From: an uncultured virus (IMG/VR IMGVR_UViG_3300042346_000356)
Lineage: Duplodnaviria; Heunggongvirae; Uroviricota; Caudoviricetes
Reading direction: 5' to 3' (one strand)
Virus record (IMG/VR): IMGVR_UViG_3300042346_000356
DNA length: 20,000 bases
Shown: positions 16,179-20,000 of the stretch, in pieces
Numbering within the stretch: position 1 is the first letter of the stretch
How the letters are laid out: every line of letters starts with the position of its first letter
Translations under genes and position numbers: made by a program
Notes under the pieces: model-generated
Databases searched by the model: none
What the model was told of the DNA's origin: nothing
Seen by the model: only the letters and a program-made list of their open reading frames with translations

Positions 16179-16393
16179 ACATATTCCTTTTCGTAGGCTG
16201 AGTGGGATGTTACTACTAATTCTAGCATTTCGTCAGGGTATCTGTCAAGCACCCAAGTAAGGGCCTCTCCAGCAGTCTTAAAGTCAGAGGCGGTAGTGCT
16301 ATTGCCATAGCCTTGAATAGTTGCTTCCCAGCAGTCAACGCCACCAGGAGAGCAGGAGTAGTTCATTTCATATATTGCTACTTGTTTCGTCAT
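16175..16393 (-). CDS. Hypothetical protein
   Basis: 72 aa; TATAAT just upstream (leaderless). Confidence 0.75.
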   Translation of the reverse strand: MTKQVAIYEMNYSCSPGGVDCWEATIQGYGNSTTASDFKTAGEALTWVLDRYPDEMLELVVTSHSAYEKEYV

Positions 16394-16396
16394 ATA

Positions 16397-16627
16397 TTAA
16401 TTATAGGGGTTTGTGTTGATTTTTACAACTTCTCTGGGTGTGATCTTCGTCACATCTGCAAGGATAGGCTCCCAAGCATCTTCATAACTAATATAGTTTA
16501 ACTTCCTACCACATGGGCAGGTCATTTCCACAACCCCCAGGGGAAAGCCAAAGCCATCCCTAGCAGTAAACTCAACGAGGGCATCACACTCATCAGGGTC
16601 ACAAACAAATGTATACTTAATCCACAT
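16397..16627 (-). CDS. Zinc-ribbon protein
   Basis: YTFVCDPDEC...CPCG. Confidence 0.75.
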   Translation of the reverse strand: MWIKYTFVCDPDECDALVEFTARDGFGFPLGVVEMTCPCGRKLNYISYEDAWEPILADVTKITPREVVKINTNPYN

Positions 16628-16788
16628 TAGAAGTATCCCTCTGCCATTAGTCCTTCAAGGAAGTCTTTGGTTTTCCACAGGGTATTGTAAAGCCAAGGGT
16701 CATCATCAGAGTTAATAGTAGTCATAACAGACTGAACTCCCAAGATCATATCTAGTGCATCTACTTCTTCATATCCTACTAGTGGCAT
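16627..16788 (-). CDS. Hypothetical protein (53 aa)
   Basis: Likely start MPLVGYEEV with an AGGAG RBS. Confidence 0.65.
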   Translation of the reverse strand: MPLVGYEEVDALDMILGVQSVMTTINSDDDPWLYNTLWKTKDFLEGLMAEGYF

Positions 16789-16955
16789 TATTCTCCTACC
16801 TCTATTCCAGCATAAAATGCTATAGTGTTTAGTGTTGTATGTATGTGGCAGTCGCAAGCCTCTCCACCCATATTTTCTTCAAACTCTAGGTGAGAGTAGT
16901 TGCTTTCATATATTTCATTGATTAGGTCGTCTATCGTATTCATTGTTTGGGTCAT
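16788..16955 (-). CDS. Hypothetical protein (55 aa)
   Basis: MTQTMNTIDDLINEIYESNYSHLEFEENMGGEACDCHIHTTLNTIAFYAGIE...; preceded by TTGATT-N17-TACAAT at 16962-16990. Confidence 0.65.
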   Translation of the reverse strand: MTQTMNTIDDLINEIYESNYSHLEFEENMGGEACDCHIHTTLNTIAFYAGIEVGE

Positions 16956-17056
16956 AGATTAATTGTAGCAAAGATTGGGGAAAAAATCAAATCTATCGTA
17001 AAGAAATTTGGGGAAAAATATCATTCCTTCGTAAAATTATTTTATTAAAAATATTA

Positions 17057-17072
17057 TGTGACCCACATCACA
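17057..17072. promoter_or_regulatory. CRP/GlxR-type site
   Basis: TGTGA-CCCACA-TCACA, perfect TGTGA-N6-TCACA in an AT-rich intergenic stretch. Confidence 0.7.
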
Positions 17073-17099
17073 TTTCCTCGGGGCCCCATTCACGCTCAG

Positions 17100-17173
17100 C
17101 GATTCCAACGGGACTTGAACCCGTAGCCTCTACCGTGACAGGGTAGCGATCTAACCAATTGATCTATGGAACC
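17100..17173 (-). tRNA. tRNA-Asp(GTC)
   Basis: GGTTCCA/TGGAATC acceptor stem, CTACC-CTGTCAC-GGTAG anticodon arm, GGTTCAAGTCC. Confidence 0.95.
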
Positions 17174-17177
17174 TTGC

Positions 17178-17205
17178 GAGCAGTTTTAATTCTTGCTCAG
17201 GAATT
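17178..17205 (-). ncRNA. Pseudoknot motif copy 3
   Basis: AATTC-CT-GAGCA-A-GAATT-AAAAC-TGCTC. Confidence 0.65.
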
Positions 17206-17212
17206 TTTTTTG

Positions 17213-18235
17213 TTATGCTAAAGACATAACATTCTGAACTACTTTTAGCAAACGATTTTTTTCTGCGTTGATAGCAGGGTCAAAACCACTTGCGCTTGCG
17301 AGAATAGATTCGTTAGAACCACCACGAGCAGAACGATACCAGTCAAGGCGTTCAGTAAGCGCATTAAACGCACCCCACGCATTACCAGCAATCATTCCAT
17401 TAAATTCACCTGTGTAGATGTCGTTAATGGTATCAACTTTATTTTCCCATTTCTTTACGGCACCCTTAGCATCTTTTTCAGGCTTTGGATAAGCAGCAAG
17501 AATGATGTCGTTGAATTGCTTAGCAGAAACTTCTTTCTCAATCATAGCCTTAGCCATAACATCAAATTCGTCCATATAAGCATTAGCAAGACCAAGAGTT
17601 TCACGAGCAATAGCAACCTTGCCGTTAGCGGTCTGTGTGTGGCGAATCTTGAAAGATTGCTTGATTCCCTTATTTTTCTTACGACCTACGCCACCAAGCG
17701 CAAGGTTAAGAGTATTAGCGCACACTACACGAACAGGTGTAATGCTTGCTTGAATAGCGATTGAGCCATCGTGTGATGTGTTGATGAGCAAATAAGTTTT
17801 TACCTTATCACTTACACCATTAGGGTCAAGAATTGTTTCACGCTCTAAAGCAAGAGCGCCAAATACTACACGCCCACCTTTAATTGAGCCAGCAGTTTCC
17901 CAACGACCACCGCCGTCTAGGATATTATCACCAAATGAAAATAAATCTTCATTTTGTAAAACGTGATAGCGCTCACCTACGACACCAAGAATGTCTGTCT
18001 GTGAATTGTCTGTCGGATTTGTGCGAAGAACATATTGGTATGCCTTGTCGCTTGTTAGGTGTGTAGGTGTTTCTAAATCTTCAAGGCGAACATTCCACCC
18101 ATTAAGATTAGCAGCAGCAAGCATTTCGCTTGTTGTTTTTTCTTCTGTGAATACAGTTCCCAATCCGTGCCAAGCAGGTTCTCTGAATGATGCGAATGAG
18201 GTCTTGCCATTTTGTGTTTCTAAATCGTGAGCCAC
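17213..18235 (-). CDS. DUF932 / TIGR03299-family phage-plasmid protein
   Basis: MAH...REPAWHGLG, YHVLQN, WETAGSIKGG, NTSHDGS, TPVRVVCANTL, IRHT, AWGAFNALTE. Confidence 0.92.
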   Translation of the reverse strand: MAHDLETQNGKTSFASFREPAWHGLGTVFTEEKTTSEMLAAANLNGWNVRLEDLETPTHLTSDKAYQYVLRTNPTDNSQTDILGVVGERYHVLQNEDLFSFGDNILDGGGRWETAGSIKGGRVVFGALALERETILDPNGVSDKVKTYLLINTSHDGSIAIQASITPVRVVCANTLNLALGGVGRKKNKGIKQSFKIRHTQTANGKVAIARETLGLANAYMDEFDVMAKAMIEKEVSAKQFNDIILAAYPKPEKDAKGAVKKWENKVDTINDIYTGEFNGMIAGNAWGAFNALTERLDWYRSARGGSNESILASASGFDPAINAEKNRLLKVVQNVMSLA

Positions 18236-18268
18236 GATATTCCTTCTTTCTGTTGTGTTGATATTTCA

Positions 18269-18290
18269 AGTATAGCAGGACTGACTGACA
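18269..18290 (-). promoter_or_regulatory. Phage-type promoter TGTCAGT-N9-TATACT
   Basis: One of three equally spaced copies upstream of consecutive genes. Confidence 0.75.
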
Positions 18291-18356
18291 TAAGCAAATC
18301 AGGATAGTTAGATGTGGATAAAATGGACATTTCGTAAAAGATCACCCCCTAGGCTA

Positions 18357-18374
18357 CGGCGTGTCGACTTGACA
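18357..18374 (+). promoter_or_regulatory. WhiA-type GACAC motif beside a TTGACA
   Basis: CGGCGTGTCG (reverse CGACACGCCG) followed 2 nt later by TTGACA. Confidence 0.45.
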
Positions 18375-18415
18375 AACAAAGCCTGCGCCCCGAGGATTTT
18401 TGCGGGGAACTGAGT

Positions 18416-18443
18416 GAGCAGTTTTTAAACGTGCTCAGGTTTA
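18416..18443 (-). ncRNA. Pseudoknot motif copy 4
   Basis: TAAAC-CT-GAGCA-C-GTTTA-AAAAC-TGCTC. Confidence 0.65.
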
Positions 18444-18457
18444 TTAGTAGCCCCCTA

Positions 18458-18874
18458 CTAAATATCCACTCTGTCAATTGATGATGACAAATAAGCAATT
18501 GAATCTGAATTGTAATCAACAGTATCAAAATCAATATCGTGAATTGCATTTGTTGCGTCTTCTTCAGTGCGAGCATTAACAGTAACAGAATACATAACTG
18601 TAACTTCAACTTCGAATTCTTTTGTTAATTCAAAGCCCATAATTTCTGCAATTTCTTCTGCATTTGTTTCTGATATCTCACGCTCTTCTAATGCGTTGAG
18701 TGTCCATTCTTGCATTGATTCAACCATACGATTCTTATCTGCAGAATCAAGGTATGAGCGCTGAGTTACTTTTGAGATATGCTCTTCAAGTTCTGCAACA
18801 CGAAGAGTTGCTTTTGCTAGCGAATCACGAAGAAAATCTTCTGTCGCATTTACTACTGTTACTTTTTGGTCCAT
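18458..18874 (-). CDS. Hypothetical coiled-coil/acidic protein with C-terminal DpnD/PcfM-like motif
   Basis: 138 aa; EFEVEVTVMYSVTVNARTEEDA. Confidence 0.8.
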   Translation of the reverse strand: MDQKVTVVNATEDFLRDSLAKATLRVAELEEHISKVTQRSYLDSADKNRMVESMQEWTLNALEEREISETNAEEIAEIMGFELTKEFEVEVTVMYSVTVNARTEEDATNAIHDIDFDTVDYNSDSIAYLSSSIDRVDI

Positions 18875-18906
18875 TGGGGGCCTCTTTCTGTTAGTTGGTT
18901 AATTTA

Positions 18907-18928
18907 ATTGTATCGCAGGGCACTGACA
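18907..18928 (-). promoter_or_regulatory. Phage-type promoter TGTCAGT-N9-TACAAT
   Basis: Second copy of the motif. Confidence 0.75.
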
Positions 18929-18936
18929 AATGTCAA

Positions 18937-19434
18937 TTACCAAGATGATGAGTAATAGAATGATAACTTATCTACTTCAGGCAGAGCAAAAATTCGCTCT
19001 AACTGATTAATAGTATTAGTAAGGTCGTTCCAATACCATTCATCAATATCTGTTCCACCAAAGAAAAATCCTTCTTGTGGTGGCAATAGGCTTGGGTCCT
19101 TAGTTTCAAGTGCGTGTTCGCAGATAACCTTTAGTTCTGTTAGTTTATCTTGTGAGACATAGTATTCACCGCAGTTATCATTACCGTTTTGGACTTCTCT
19201 TACGAACCAAGAGTGTATCTGATTAGCCTTACGCCAATAGGCACAAGTGACTTCTACGCTTGCTCCATAGATATCTGTTGCGACATCTGTAAGTTGTGTT
19301 ATTTCCATTAGGTCATTAAACTTAGGATATACCGCTTCAGGTGAGTTATAAGTTAATTCATCATTAGCCTGTAGTGCTTGCCAATTAACCTTGGCTAGGT
19401 GCTTTCTTGCGTTTAGATACATATCTAATCCCAT
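18937..19434 (-). CDS. Conserved-type phage protein (MGLDMYL...YWRKANQIHxWF...YYSSW)
   Basis: 165 aa with characteristic terminal motifs; function unknown. Confidence 0.85.
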   Translation of the reverse strand: MGLDMYLNARKHLAKVNWQALQANDELTYNSPEAVYPKFNDLMEITQLTDVATDIYGASVEVTCAYWRKANQIHSWFVREVQNGNDNCGEYYVSQDKLTELKVICEHALETKDPSLLPPQEGFFFGGTDIDEWYWNDLTNTINQLERIFALPEVDKLSFYYSSSW

Positions 19435-19464
19435 TGGGGGCCTTCTTTCTGTTTGTTTCTTTTA

Positions 19465-19486
19465 ATTATACTAGAGGGGACTGACA
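19465..19486 (-). promoter_or_regulatory. Phage-type promoter TGTCAGT-N9-TATAAT
   Basis: Third copy of the motif. Confidence 0.75.
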
Positions 19487-19491
19487 AATAT

Positions 19492-19599
19492 AAGGTGGGG
19501 ACAAGCACCTAGGTTAGTTTGAAACCCATCCCCACCTTGATCCCAAGGCGAGCCTGACTCATTCCAAGGGATACTGAGTGGGGCTTTTACACCCCACCC
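19492..19599 (-). other. Three-hairpin GC-rich structured intergenic element
   Basis: GGGTGGGG/CCCCACTC, ATCCC-TT-GG/CC-TT-GGGAT and AAGGTGGGGA/TCCCCACCTT stems back to back. Confidence 0.55.
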
Positions 19600-19607
19600 A
19601 ATCTCAC

Positions 19608-20000
19608 TTATAGATAGCGAGCAACCGCATTGTATGTGGAAGTATTTACAACTTCCTCATCTGTCATTTTCAGGATACGAATTGCGTTAGACATTTCCTC
19701 TTTCTGCTCACGATAAGTGTGCTGATGGATTTGCTCAAAGTTGCGCTCAGGCTCAGCAGGAAAGTCCTTATCTGAACCTACAATGTCAAAATCAACATTG
19801 AGAGTCTTGTTCCAAGAACGATAGTTTGTTCTGATGTTTTCAGCCGTTGAGAAGTGAGCGATTGCGAAATCTGCTAATTCTTTCTGCCAAGCCTTGTAAG
19901 ACTCTTGATACTTTGCTTCGTTTTCGTCTTGTGTTTTGTAGTTAGCCTCTAGTTCTGCTAACTTAGTTTCTAGTGCGGTGATTACTCGTTGAGTAGGGAT
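19608..20000 (-). CDS. 3' part of a hypothetical coiled-coil protein (runs off the window end)
   Basis: Open frame IPTQRVITALETKLAEL...STYNAVARYL* with stop at 19608-19610. Confidence 0.8.
   Translation of the reverse strand: MPTQRVITALETKLAELEANYKTQDENEAKYQESYKAWQKELADFAIAHFSTAENIRTNYRSWNKTLNVDFDIVGSDKDFPAEPERNFEQIHQHTYREQKEEMSNAIRILKMTDEEVVNTSTYNAVARYL

Noticed and set aside
17075..17099. Theta/HDV-like ribozyme downstream of the tRNAs
   Set aside because: Could not build the nested double pseudoknot by eye; the motif found here lies 5' of tRNA-Asp and has a different topology
13537..18894. Plus-strand ORFs in the early region (13537, 14518, 14838, 15150, 16313, 17516, 17884, 17991, 18567, 18700)
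   Set aside because: All antisense to tightly packed minus-strand genes and mostly have Ser-rich shadow composition

Overview
AT-rich, gene-dense segment of what is most likely a large tailed dsDNA phage of Actinobacteria, probably of the freshwater type (inferred from the Hsp20, tRNA and 2OG-oxygenase gene content, leaderless genes and host-type regulatory motifs). Bases 1-12.2 kb form an accessory block: holin-like and XapX-like membrane proteins, a HAD-nucleotidyltransferase fusion with a GDPD-like partner, a sulfotransferase-like protein, GT61 and GT2 glycosyltransferases, three 2OG-Fe(II) oxygenases, Hsp20, four tRNAs and many micro-ORFs. Bases 12.2-13.6 kb are largely non-coding and carry DnaA boxes, MraZ-type repeats, consensus sigma-A promoters and iteron-like repeats. 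Bases 13.6-20 kb are a minus-strand early-type region of small acidic ORFs, DUF932, tRNA-Asp and a repeated TGTCAGT-N9-TANANT promoter. The most notable unexplained structures are: (i) four copies of a covarying H-type pseudoknot RNA motif (CCTGAGCA...AAACTGCTC), two of which end tandem promoter-driven small-RNA candidates; (ii) clusters of binding sites for host cell-cycle and global regulators (DnaA, MraZ, CRP, WhiA-like), suggesting an origin and/or a decoy array; (iii) a ROSE-like thermometer in front of hsp20. All family calls come from motif recognition by eye, not from database searches.
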